The notes under the pieces: generated by a model | Told to the model about the DNA's origin: nothing | Database searches by the model: none | The model's input: the letters and a program-made list of their open reading frames with translations, nothing else | Position numbers and translations under genes: made by a program | Shown here: positions 52,801 to 64,000 of the stretch, piece by piece | Layout: every line of letters starts with the position of its first letter | Position numbering within the stretch: position 1 is the first letter of the stretch | NCBI RefSeq assembly: GCF_964355755.1 | Contig: NC_092675.1 | Span: forward strand, 6,691,812 to 6,755,811 | DNA: 64,000 nt | Direction of reading: 5' to 3' | Source: Antedon mediterranea | Lineage: Eukaryota > Animalia > Echinodermata

Positions 52801-53164
52801 TACGATCCAGACTGGTACAAGCCTTGGGACTGGGACGTTTTCGTCAACCCTGACATATACGTTCACAAAATACTTATCCAAGACAAAGATGGATATACGT
52901 AAGTATAAGTACAAAGTTTTCCGTACCACCACTGTATTTCTGAATTCCATCAAGCCATGCTTGTGTCCCTTCAGTTGTAGGCCTCCATGACATGACAATA
53001 CTATTGCAAACTCTTTACATCATGATGGGATAGCATAATGTTGGTGTCTAATACGTTGTTATTTTACATTGTGTTTTTACAGATACGTGATGTGTGGCGA
53101 TGATTCTCCAATAAAAGCCAACAAAGGAAGCAAAGCACTTTTTGCCGTTAATTCGTGCAAATAG
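49802..53164 (+). CDS. Pancreatic lipase-related protein, paralogue A (secreted lipase + PLAT domain), 502 aa
   Basis: Exons 49802-49859, 50267-50700, 50991-51222, 51467-51586, 51868-52128, 52474-52600, 52704-52898, 53083-53164 (1509 nt). Signal peptide, VCY..LGCF, HGY, GHSLG (Ser), LDPAGP (Asp), NGG..QPGC, 23-aa lid, CEH (His), PLAT domain. Confidence 0.95.
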
Positions 53165-54286
53165 GCAGATAATGTCGTTAATTCGTGCAAATAGACAAAG
53201 GCTGTCTATTATGCTTCACATTCAGCAAACGTATTATTAATTCATAATATTAATGTATTGAATCTCAATTGATTTACTAGATTGCGTATAAACTTATTAC
53301 AATAAATTATAAAGTGCTCTCATTATGTAATATTACTTTTAATTGTATTTCTTTCTTTCTTTCTTTCTTCAATAATCAGAATTGATCTAATGTAATGAGG
53401 AATAAGTAAATAAATTCAATTACACAATTATGAAATTAAATGCTTTGTTCCAATCACATAGCTTGTTGTTTTCTTTCGATCAAATCACCTTAGTTTGTTG
53501 TTAGTACTATTAATAATACAGATAATTCAAATAGATAGAACATCCAATTTACAATGACAGTATTTACATCATAATCTCCAAACCTTCCAAGCAATATTTC
53601 ATTCTTTTTAATATCCTGTGTTCCTGGGACGTACGCGTGTAATAGAAACATTTGACGAGCAAACAACGAACAAACACTCTACCAATACAATGACACCATT
53701 ATGTTGAGTGAGATACTGAGCAGAAATTTTCACTGGTCCGATTGAAGATTATCATTTAAAAGGAAGGTTTTGTTTTATAATCGTTTTGTTTTATTTACTG
53801 GGTGCTAAAAAAAACATCATGTTTTCCTAAAAATGCCAAACACGTGAACAAACATAACTTGTGTGACGATATAGAGGGCGCTCTATATGTTGCAAATAAG
53901 GATAATTTATACACTTACGCACACATAACCCTTTCTGACATTATCAGAAAGGGTTATAAACAAGTATAACACAAACCACTGGCAATAGAAGTATAGTTTT
54001 AATTAATTTTAATCATTTGGATGAATACGTCATAAATTAGGTGTATTGATTAAGTTAACAAGGTAGGTCTATTAGAATATGATCGCAATACAGTGTGACA
54101 ATGACTTGTTATCCAAACGCCAACAACAACTGAAGAAGTCAGACTTATATACAGAAGCTGCTATACACAATAAGTTAATCTATTATTAATCAATTAATTA
54201 TAATACTTATTTTCATTTAAAGCAATAATTCTTGAGAATAAGATTCTCTCATTAAATCTATATTGAGATTGTCCGGTATAGATGTT

Positions 54287-57200
54287 CTATGTGCAAGTAG
54301 AAGAAACAAACTCTTTGGTGGTTCTGTCGGCAACAATACGACTGTCATCACCACACATAGTATACCTGTAAACACATAAGTAAAATGGTTGTAAATTGAC
54401 GTTATATAGCTTTGTTAACGTGTCGGAATTAGTACAAGTCGTTATAGAGCCTATCGTTGAAGAGCAACCGTATTACTAAATACTTCAGGGCACACTAGTT
54501 AGTTTACATAAACAGGTCATATAAAACATACCACATATCTTCGGAAGTATCCATTATTCTTAATATAATGTTAAACCTACACACTTTAATATATGACTTG
54601 CCCCAAGTCTGTGTTATTGTCTTTTTTATGTTAGTCGACCAGTCGGCGTTTCGATTTTTGTCTGGAAACAACGAGCTAAAATAGTATACGTATGAAACGT
54701 ATGCCGACAACATATTTATCTTTTTAGTCGCGTGCAACGCTACTCTACATCTCACTATGTCCGTCGGTTGGTCGGATGGTCGGATATATTAAGTCAAGAA
54801 AATATACTATTTAGTATAGTTTATCGTAACAAAAATAGGTGTTGGATATTTTGATATGAAAACATCGTGTTAAGCATTTATTTCTCATACTAACGTTCTT
54901 ACAGTTATGCTAGAGTTTCTACATTTTAATCTCATGTCATTGAACTTACTGTTTGCCATCTTCAGCTGAAACAACCTCAATTTTATGCACGTATATCTCA
55001 GGATTGGTCCAGACGTCCCAATCCCATGGTTTATACCAGTCTGGATCGTAAGTCCATTCCAAATACATGCGCGTCAATTTTCCAGGGTCAGTGTCCGTAA
55101 CTCCAATGAAGCCATAGTTTTTATCTGGAGCCAGGTATTGTGATTCTCTAAATGAAAACAATAATAAGCAATAGCGTATTCATATTGTTTTATAGATATG
55201 TGAGTGATAGTGAGGTACAATAATTGAATTCATCGTGTCGTTGTAAAATAAATATAAGTATTTTCAGATACCAGTCACAGACGAGGGAAAACGGTAACAC
55301 AAATATAGAAACTATGTTCGTTATGTCAATTTACACACAACGCGGCGGAGTGGACGAGCGGTTTTCGCTGAGGATAGTAACATATTCTACGTGGGACAAA
55401 CTGAGTGGTTACCGCTTACCGTTACCGCTTGTCTGTTTAAATTGGCCTTAAATTGGCCTTTATGGGAAACAAAGACATTGTAATAAAGACATCTATCAAC
55501 ATTTCCACTGTTATCATAATGAGGTAGTTGTCATCAATCGTCGGTATGTTGATTCCAACCCAACACATAAATGATCATTTACACATACTATTCATTTCTT
55601 ATTTTCTAACAATTTTTTTGCACCAACCCTGGCTAGCAGAAATATATTTACATCGTATCGTGTCTTACGTGGTTAGAGGAATTGTGCTAGTTTTTCCTCT
55701 TGTTCCTTCCAGTATTGCAAACACTTCACCCTTCTCTCTAGTATCCCCTAACCAGCCGGGGTCATCTACATATATCTGGAATCTGTACTGTTCACCTGTA
55801 ACAAAAATAGAATGCTAATAATCTCATATAAACCATGTCACATGTGACCCTGTGTTTGCCCTATTATTTTTATAATTCTATGATACAAAGTTAATGTATC
55901 ACGGAACTTGTCTATAATACGGATCACATAATGCATGATTGAGAATCGGGTATATACAACATAGTTGGTATATTGTATTGTTTATATTATAGATTGGTTG
56001 AAAAAAAATGTTTAATATAGCATATATCTTACCACAGTATTCATACTCATCTCTTGTATTCGAGAAGTACATAACATTTGTAACCCCTGCTGGTGGTTTA
56101 CTGTCGATAGAATGGAACCCCATCTGCACGCCCTTGTTGTCGTAACACTTGCCGTTTCTGTAATCCTCGTATCCATCGTCATCTTGGCCGTACTGTGTGC
56201 ATTCAAAGGAAGTGAATTTACACCTACTGTTGATTGACTCGGTGAAGTATTCGTAGGATCGTACGTGGTTGCACGCAACGTACTGAACTCCCCCTTCAAA
56301 ATAAAAACAAAGTTAGTAGTGAGTATTACCATAGTCCAAAATGTTATTCTTAATATTAAAAATAATATAGACTTTGTGATGCCCTATGTTATAAATAATA
56401 CATTGCGTTGAGTCCAGAGCTTTGTATGCTGTAATAGATTTGGAATCAGGGACCCTAAACCTAACAATATAGGTTTAACTGTGTCTATGATAACGAATCG
56501 ACCAAATTGTATCCGACACTACTTAACAAAAAAACAAACGAAACCTGACTTACTGTATGCTAATAGTACCTCCTTATGACGTGTTAGTTCGTTGCAAAAT
56601 CGACAAATTTCTATAATTACAACCTATATGAAAAATCCAAAATCCTAGAATCGTCAACGTACAAACAATCTAGTGATTTAACATATGCTTACCGTCGTAA
56701 ATTCCCCCAGACGTTCTGATATTCGCAATTAATGATTGGTCACATCCGGGTTGATCGGTTCCACCATTGGCGTAAAAATCCATATGACCGACTGGCTCGA
56801 ATATTCCGCAACCTACGTATAAAAAAAAAATAATAAAGAAAAACAAATTATATAGCTGTCACTTCTTGACATGAGTGTATATAAATGGTAAGATATCAAG
56901 TATCAATAATAACATACTTATTAAACTTGATTAGAAGAAGAGTTATTACCAATAGTGTAGAATGGGTCGGTATCTGTATGAATAGCATCAACAAAAGAAG
57001 CGTCGGATGGATCTAAACGAACGATAATGTCGGTACCTTCAAAATAAGGCCCTGCTGGGTCCATTCCTAAAAAAAAGGAGAGATTTAACTTTAACAAGAG
57101 AAAGACACCAGAACCCAAAACATTTGGCAGAAAGGAAGATGTTTAGAGATGAAGTGTTTAATATGGAATGATTTGCAGGAATAAACATTCGTCGCATACC

Positions 57201-59009
57201 TTTGATTCACCTTAAAATAACACATACACAAATTAACAAAATACATACCATATACATACAAATATATCGGATCGGAACGGAAGATGGATTTCTTTTACAT
57301 ATTTTACTTACTGTATAAAGGGTTTTCACACCTGTTCCGGCACGATTCCGAAACATTGACGTTCGATTTGCCGGACCGGAACCGTTCCAGAACAGGTGTG
57401 AAAGATCCTTAAAGGTTGTCTATGGTTCCCTCTTTAACAGTTTTAATAAATAATAGATAAATGAGATAAATGTTGTTGTTTTTGTCAAACTAGTGATAAT
57501 AAAAAGTGCGATTTGCCCAAATATGGTAATGATATGACATCATAATGGTCATATATCACATTTTGTTGTCACATACAGTTTGAAAGTGTAGACAGACAGA
57601 GGTTTAGAATGCACTCGGCTTACCAGTGATCCTTGCGAGTTTTGGATTTGTCTGTCTTTCACCAGCATATCCAGCAACATGTGAGCCCAAGCTATGACCA
57701 ATGATGTGGACCTTATCAGCTGTATAGCCATAAAGTTCCTTTAAAATTAAAAGAATTTAAATAATTTAATATTTAGCTGAACACGGAGATATTTCGACAT
57801 TAACTGTGCGCATCAATATCCATATAGGCCTACATTATGTACGTACTGTATCGGCCTATGTGCTGTGTAAATAAATGGCCTAGGTCAGGAGTCTAGGGCA
57901 GAAGAAGTATAGTGAATTAACAATGCTTGTTTAGTATTTACTGTTATAAACCTTGAAATAATGTAAATGTAAATCTTACCTTTAATTTGTCAATAAGAAA
58001 AGATATTTCAGCGCCAACAATCCGTGTATTGGCTGTTGCTTGACCGTATGTAGCAGTGGACCCTTTGCCCCAGTCGACTCGAATCACATTGTAATCACCA
58101 GCGTTAAGAAATTCCGTTGCCATATCTTCTATCCACCACACGAGCCCATTTTCCATATACCCATGAGAGATGAATTTTGTCTCTACACCCGGGTTAAAAT
58201 GAGATCCTGATATTGTTGATAGATCAGCTGTGGATAGTTCATCGTAAGATACTGGGTTGGAGCGTGTGTTCAAGAAAAAACGGGTTCGGACATCTTCGCG
58301 ATTATCCGGAAGATAGCTAATCGGACGATCGGGCAAGTCGTAAAATGGCTTTCCTTTATCGAAACAACCGAGATCTGGATAGCAAACAGTATCACTACCG
58401 ACTACAAAAATAAAATAATAGAAAATAGTAATAATAAAGAATATCCATTGTTCTTAAGTTCTTTGTTTACATTTCTCACTGCCTTTTGTTAGGCTTTCTC
58501 AGTGATGGTTGCTCTGCCTTGTTTTTGGCCTAGCTGTTTGTGTTGGGTTTCAATTTAATTTGTTAAGCTACATACCCACATCACTGAGAACACCTGTTAG
58601 TTATGTACTGGCTGGTCTATGCACCTTAAATTGCCAGTAAACGGAAGCAGTGATGTGGATTCGATTGGTCTTGTTTTATTTCGGTTTTTGTCAAAATTAT
58701 CAGTAGTATTTATGTTTCAAGGTTTATATTTTTATATGTTTTTTCATGGTTTTTCACTAGCGCCTTGAGCATTTTTGTGGATATGTGCGCTATATAAATC
58801 TTATTATTATTATTATTATTATTAATACAGAGTAGAGGAATGGTAATTGAAAATAACAAAGAAGTTTAAAATAGAGTATAGAAGTACACGTTTAATCGTC
58901 TGCGTACCTGTAAATGAATATGAAATTTGTCATTATTGTAACTAATTAAACCATACTTACTTGCAAGTGTAGCAACGACAAACACGTTAAACAGGAACAA
59001 AACCTTCAT
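54287..59009 (-). CDS. Pancreatic lipase-related protein, paralogue B, 495 aa
   Basis: Exons 59009-58961, 58401-57980, 57738-57624, 57066-56950, 56812-56693, 56293-56033, 55795-55669, 55147-54950, 54365-54287 (1488 nt). Intact triad [14 protein letters not shown], plus a PLAT domain. Confidence 0.95.
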
Positions 59010-59198
59010 GTCGAGAAAATATGTTGTAATGCTGTTTGATGAAACATACGTTACGACATGACTTTATATTGTCTAGTTTTCGGAATTTAGAAGGATAACA
59101 GCTATTGGTTTATGCAGCTTACGTGGCTCATGAGGTAATCAATGCATTTCGGAAGCTTCAGATCTCTGATTGTTAATAATTATGACAAATTAACAGTA

Positions 59199-59346
59199 CT
59201 AAAGCAAATTAGTTAAAATAATCTTATCAAAGTTAATTAACACCAAAGCAAGGTAAATTGTAAATAAACATGCTAAAGCAAATTAGTTAAAATAATCTTA
59301 TCAAAGTTAATTAACACCAAAGCAAGGTAAATTGTAAATAAACATG
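59199..59346. repeat. Perfect 74-bp tandem duplication upstream of lipase B
   Basis: ctaaagcaaattagtt...gtaaataaacatg occurs at 59199-59272 and 59273-59346. Confidence 0.95.
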
Positions 59347-60438
59347 ACCACGGGATCTAAACAAAATGTAACACTATAACACTTCACTTGACAATAACAA
59401 ACATTCTAAGGTGGTTTTACCTTGTGAGGTGCCTCTGTAAAACAATAATATTGAAAAAAAAAATAAATTAAAAAATGATTACTAAACATTTTACATAAAA
59501 TTGTTTATTTATTATACATATTGTATTTCTATTGTTTTTATATTGATTTTATTGTGTTTATCCTATTCTTTACATTTCTGGAATAAAAAGTATCCTGAGG
59601 ACGGTCAAAGCATATTGATCGAAACGCAACAGTTCTATACATGGTGTACCGCAAACTTATATCAACATTTGATTTCGCCATGCAAACCTTCAAACAATAT
59701 AAAAAATATACTTTTGGAAATTTGGAAAGTTGATACTGTGTTCATGGACTAAAGAATATTCTATTCTTAAGTCAATGCTTTGTTATATCAACTCTTAGCA
59801 AGGATAACGAAATTTTTCACCAAGAAGATGTTAACATACCAGTATTATTATAAAACGACAATGCTAGAATGTTCCAGATAACACATACACATTCAACAGA
59901 TGATAGAAGATAAGCATGCCACTTAGCGCAATATCACATATGGTAAGCGTCTGAGATGACGACATCTGTTGTTTTGTTAACGATAAAAATTAATTTCGAA
60001 ATTTCTAATGAGATGAGATAAGATTTTGATCAAACTAACAAAATAGATAAGCGATGCCACATCTGTTATATTGTAACAATTATTAGTTATATATTTTGTT
60101 AAATGGTATTGTTTATGTCTGTTTTGTTAAAAGGTTGTGTTTATGTCAGAGAAGAGTGCCTTCTATAACTAATTTCTTTAAAGTAACATCGTTAAGAAAG
60201 AATATATTAAATATTTTATATATTCAAAATTAATTCATGAATTTATCAATTTATTAAATTAATAATTAATGACGTAAGAATGAACAAGTGGTGGTGGCGT
60301 GCGTGTATCTTCTTTATCTCGTTCCATCGTTTCTTTTCAGGTCAATGTTGTTATCAACTAAATATTAAAGAATATTTAATTTGTTATTAAATGTCAGTTA
60401 GACTTATTTCTAAACTGCATCTTTGCCAGACTGTCAAG

Positions 60439-63400
60439 ATGAATTTAGTGAAGATTCTGTTGTTTTGTGTTACAATTTCTATAACGTATGCTGGTGAGTA
60501 CTTACTCTGTTTGGTTAACGATCAGTTATGTTTCTATATTTAAATAATTATCATTCGCTTTAATTATAAGTGACGAACAAAGTCATTGATTCCTGGACAA
60601 AACAAGGCCATATACATGGCTGTAGTTGCGTGCTCAAGTTAGTGTTTTCCGACCAACTAACCGAATAGAACGACCGACCGACATAGTGAGCTAGCTGTAG
60701 AGTCGCGTTGCACTAAAAAATATGTTTATAATTTAATTTTACTATGTATTTCCAAAACTTGATGAAAATACGTAGGCCTATTGTACACAAGAGAAATAAC
60801 ATACTGAATATTGGATCCTGTATTTTAAACTGCAGTGTATTATTAAACATTTTCTGATTTTTATTTTTATATACATTAGACCAATAAAAGATGAATTTAA
60901 TTGAATTGATACTGGATCAGACGTTGTCAGTTATGCCACGAAATGTTTAGACTTAATTGGCTTACTTTTTCATTAATTAGAAAGATTAAACTACGTCATT
61001 TAATAGATGCAAGAGTTAAAATAAAAAATCTATGTATAAATTTGAGCTAAAATGATGTGTTTTCTGAAGCTTTCTACTAAACCGCGTTTTTGCAAAAGTG
61101 ACGAAGACGTTTGTCGGAGGGATAGAGTTAAGAATATTCTTATTTCAACGATTAAAAAAACAAGATAATTTATTGGTAGAATCTTCCAAATGAGTATATT
61201 ATACTAAATATTAAAGAAAAATAGTATGACTGGTGAATTCGGAGGTCATAACTCGTTTGTATTATAATGTGTTAAGTTGGAAAATGTGATGTTAGCGAAA
61301 GGGGTCCATATGGGTACCCCCATTTAGGAGATACCCCACTAGGGGACAATTGTCGGGTTCCGAAGATGTCCTCTTAATAGTGGTTCCACTGTATACAATC
61401 GAGTAGGCCTATAAAAATACTCTGCTTGTGTTTCATAGTTTTATTCCATCACTTTGTACTATCTAAAAATTCAAATATATTATCACTGTATTTATTTATA
61501 TTTTTAGCCGACCAGACAGTATGCTACACCGATTTAGGTTGTTTTGATAAAGGATGGCCATTTTATGATATCCCCGATAGACCAGTTAGCTATCTCCCTG
61601 ACACCAGAGAAGATGTCGGTACCGAATTTCAATTGAACACACGAAAGAACCCAATTGCCCCTCAGTATCTATTAGCTAGTAACACCACTACCATAAGCAA
61701 TTCTTGGTTCAACCCTAAGCATCCGACCATATTCATATGCCATGGCTACGCGGAAAACTCGGATGTTGATTGGGTGCATACACTGGGCACAACGTTTATA
61801 AATAACGGTGACGTAAACATCATCAGAATAAACTGGGAAAAGGGCGCCACCATTTTGTATGGTCAATCAGCGGCAAATGCCAGAATTGTAGGAGCTGAGG
61901 CTTCATTTTTGATTGACAAAATAAAGGTAATTCAATTACATTATTAGATACCACCAAAGAACTTGTAACACAAGAATCTCCTGTTCTTCAATTTGCATTC
62001 AAAACACAGTATCGGAAGTACAGGGTTAAAAGGTCAAACTGGGCGACGCCATTTCACAGCATGGAGCAGCGCCCCCTCCAAACTAGGAAGTCAATTACTC
62101 TACCCCCCTAGAGTATTAGCAGATCCCCTCTATGATTTTGACTTTCTAATTTGATGCGGGCGCCCTACTCCTCAGTCAATTACTCTATCCCCCTAGAGTA
62201 TTAGCAGATCCCCTCTATGGTTTTGACTTTCTAATTTGATGCGGGCGCCCTACTCCATGGCTCACAATGGCGCCACCCATAGCTCTATTCTATCCCACAA
62301 TGCCTTTCGAAATTGTTACGCGCTTCGGACGAACAGGAGATTCTTGTGTTATAAGTTCTTTGATACCACGTACACAGTTATTATAGTATAGAAAGTTTCT
62401 CAAAACAACGTTGTCTTTCAAATTCAAATGTTCTGTTTATTGGACAATTATAATTATTGGGATTATCTTTCACATAAACATATAAACTATATTAAAATGT
62501 TCTCAATATTGTTACAGTTCCCCTGAAAAACTCTGTATAACATAGTCAGAATCAAAAGAAAATGTTTATTATTACTGTAAAAAATTCAATACAAATTGAA
62601 ATAAAAATTGGATGAGCTCATAAAGAGAAGAACTTATTCGTATATTATTTCATATTCACTATTGATTTTGTTGGTTTACTTGATATTGTTGTTTTTAGTC
62701 TCTGTATGGCTACAATGCTTCTAACATCCATATGATTGGCCACAATCTTGGCGCGCATATAATGGGATACGCGGGAGAAAGGCAGACGAGTCCAAAGATT
62801 GGAAGAATCACTGGTAAATAAACCTTTTTCTAGTCTATGAGCGCCTTCCAGGAGGCTATGTTTGAATAACGCAGCTTCTAAGGTCTATCTCATAAACATA
62901 ACGGTACGTTCCGCAAGACAAACCAAATTTTCTTGGATTGGCCACTCCTAGATTACAATTATCAGTGACAAATGCACTAAAGTTACATATGGTAAAATTC
63001 CTCTCTCTCTAAAATAAATGGAAACCTTGGAAAAACAACTGATAAAATAACTTGTTTATTACTTTAATATTCATCCAAAATGACATTTAAATTCAGGATT
63101 AGACCCAGCAGGTCCCTATTTTGATGGTACAAACAAAGCCGTACGACTAGATCCAACAGATGCTGAGTTTATTGATGTCATTCACACAGACACAGATCCT
63201 GTATATACTACAGGTATGTTATTACGCTTTACAGAACTGAGTTTGGAACAACTATAAATTGTTACTACTCGGGAGATTTTCGATAAAACTGTCCTCACAC
63301 TAGGCAATCCTGGTTACATCTTGCATTTGTTGGAGGTGTGAAAAGGGTATAAGTTAAAAATTCAGATAAATTAAAATAGCAGAAAGTGTTAGTTGGAAAC

Positions 63401-63825
63401 ATTAATAAAGTAAATAATGTAGGCATAAATAATTCTGGGGCTCTTAATTGCAGGTGTGAAAAGACTATAATGGTTGAAACACAATAGATCGATAACTGCA
63501 ACGGTTTCTTAAACGTATAGACTACACTGATTTTATTGGGGTACCCGGAATGACTCTAATCAGTAACGAATTATTTGCCAATTCATAAAATAATAACATA
63601 ATTTTGAGAAAGAAGGCTTTACTTCATTAAACTTGGTTCTACAAGAAGGAGTGTTTAGTATACCTTTTCCCTTTAATATTTAAATTACAATCATTTTCTT
63701 TGCAGGAATGGGCATATATATGCCTGTAGGACACATGGACTTTTATCCAAACGGTGGCAGACAACAACCCGGATGCGATCGTGGATTGTTTGAACAAATC
63801 GTCCTAGAGGGTGAACTCTATCAAG
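60439..63825 (+). CDS. Pancreatic lipase-related protein, paralogue C, with catalytic Ser->Asn (GHNLG); continues beyond the window
   Basis: Exons 60439-60493, 61508-61926, 62699-62813, 63097-63213, 63706-63825 are in frame with canonical splice sites. Signal peptide, [31 protein letters not shown]. Confidence 0.92.
61955..62362. mobile_element. P-element-like MITE (CAAAG termini, 7-bp TSD ATACCAC) with internal ~85-bp tandem duplication
   Basis: TIR caaagaacttgtaacacaagaatctcctgttc / gaacaggagattcttgtgttataagttctttg. TSD at 61948-54 and 62363-69. Confidence 0.8.
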
Positions 63826-64000
63826 GTAATTTTAACAAAATACAAGTTGATTATTAATGCATTGTCTATAATAGTGTTTTCTAATGACAGAAACGGCAAT
63901 TTAAATTGCGCCCTCTACATCGTCACACAAAAATGTTCTTATGTGCTGCGCCCTCTACATCGTCACACAAATCTGGTTTCTTAAGGCTAAACGTATCTAA

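Noticed and set aside
60439-63825. Calling lipase C a pseudogene
   Set aside because: There are no stops, frameshifts or broken splice sites in the five visible exons. Only the nucleophile is changed, although the 3' exons are not visible.

Overview
This is AT-rich, intron-rich metazoan genomic DNA. Gene families and repeat content suggest an invertebrate deuterostome, possibly an echinoderm (inference). All gene models were spliced by hand using GT-AG junctions and phase continuity. Genes in order: (1) the 3' part of a multi-C-type-lectin-domain gene ending in a PAN/apple domain (+, <935-7306); (2) an alpha-arrestin (ARRDC-type) gene with an unusually long tail lacking PPxY (+, 9014-20439); (3) a complete 9-exon RPF1 gene (-, 30572-48596) with a U12-type intron and a young Rex1/Babar-like LINE nested inside a TTAA MITE; (4) a cluster of three pancreatic-lipase-family paralogues (+ 49802-53164, - 54287-59009, + 60439->64000). 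One lipase paralogue has precisely lost an intron, and another has the catalytic Ser replaced by Asn (GHNLG), making it a candidate pseudo-enzyme transcribed divergently from an intact lipase. Non-coding DNA is dense in MITEs (Harbinger-, P-, MULE-, Kolobok-, HINE-like), SINEs, LINE remnants and satellites. Most short ORFs in the supplied track are spurious or are exon fragments. Coordinates were counted manually and repeat edges may be off by a few nt.
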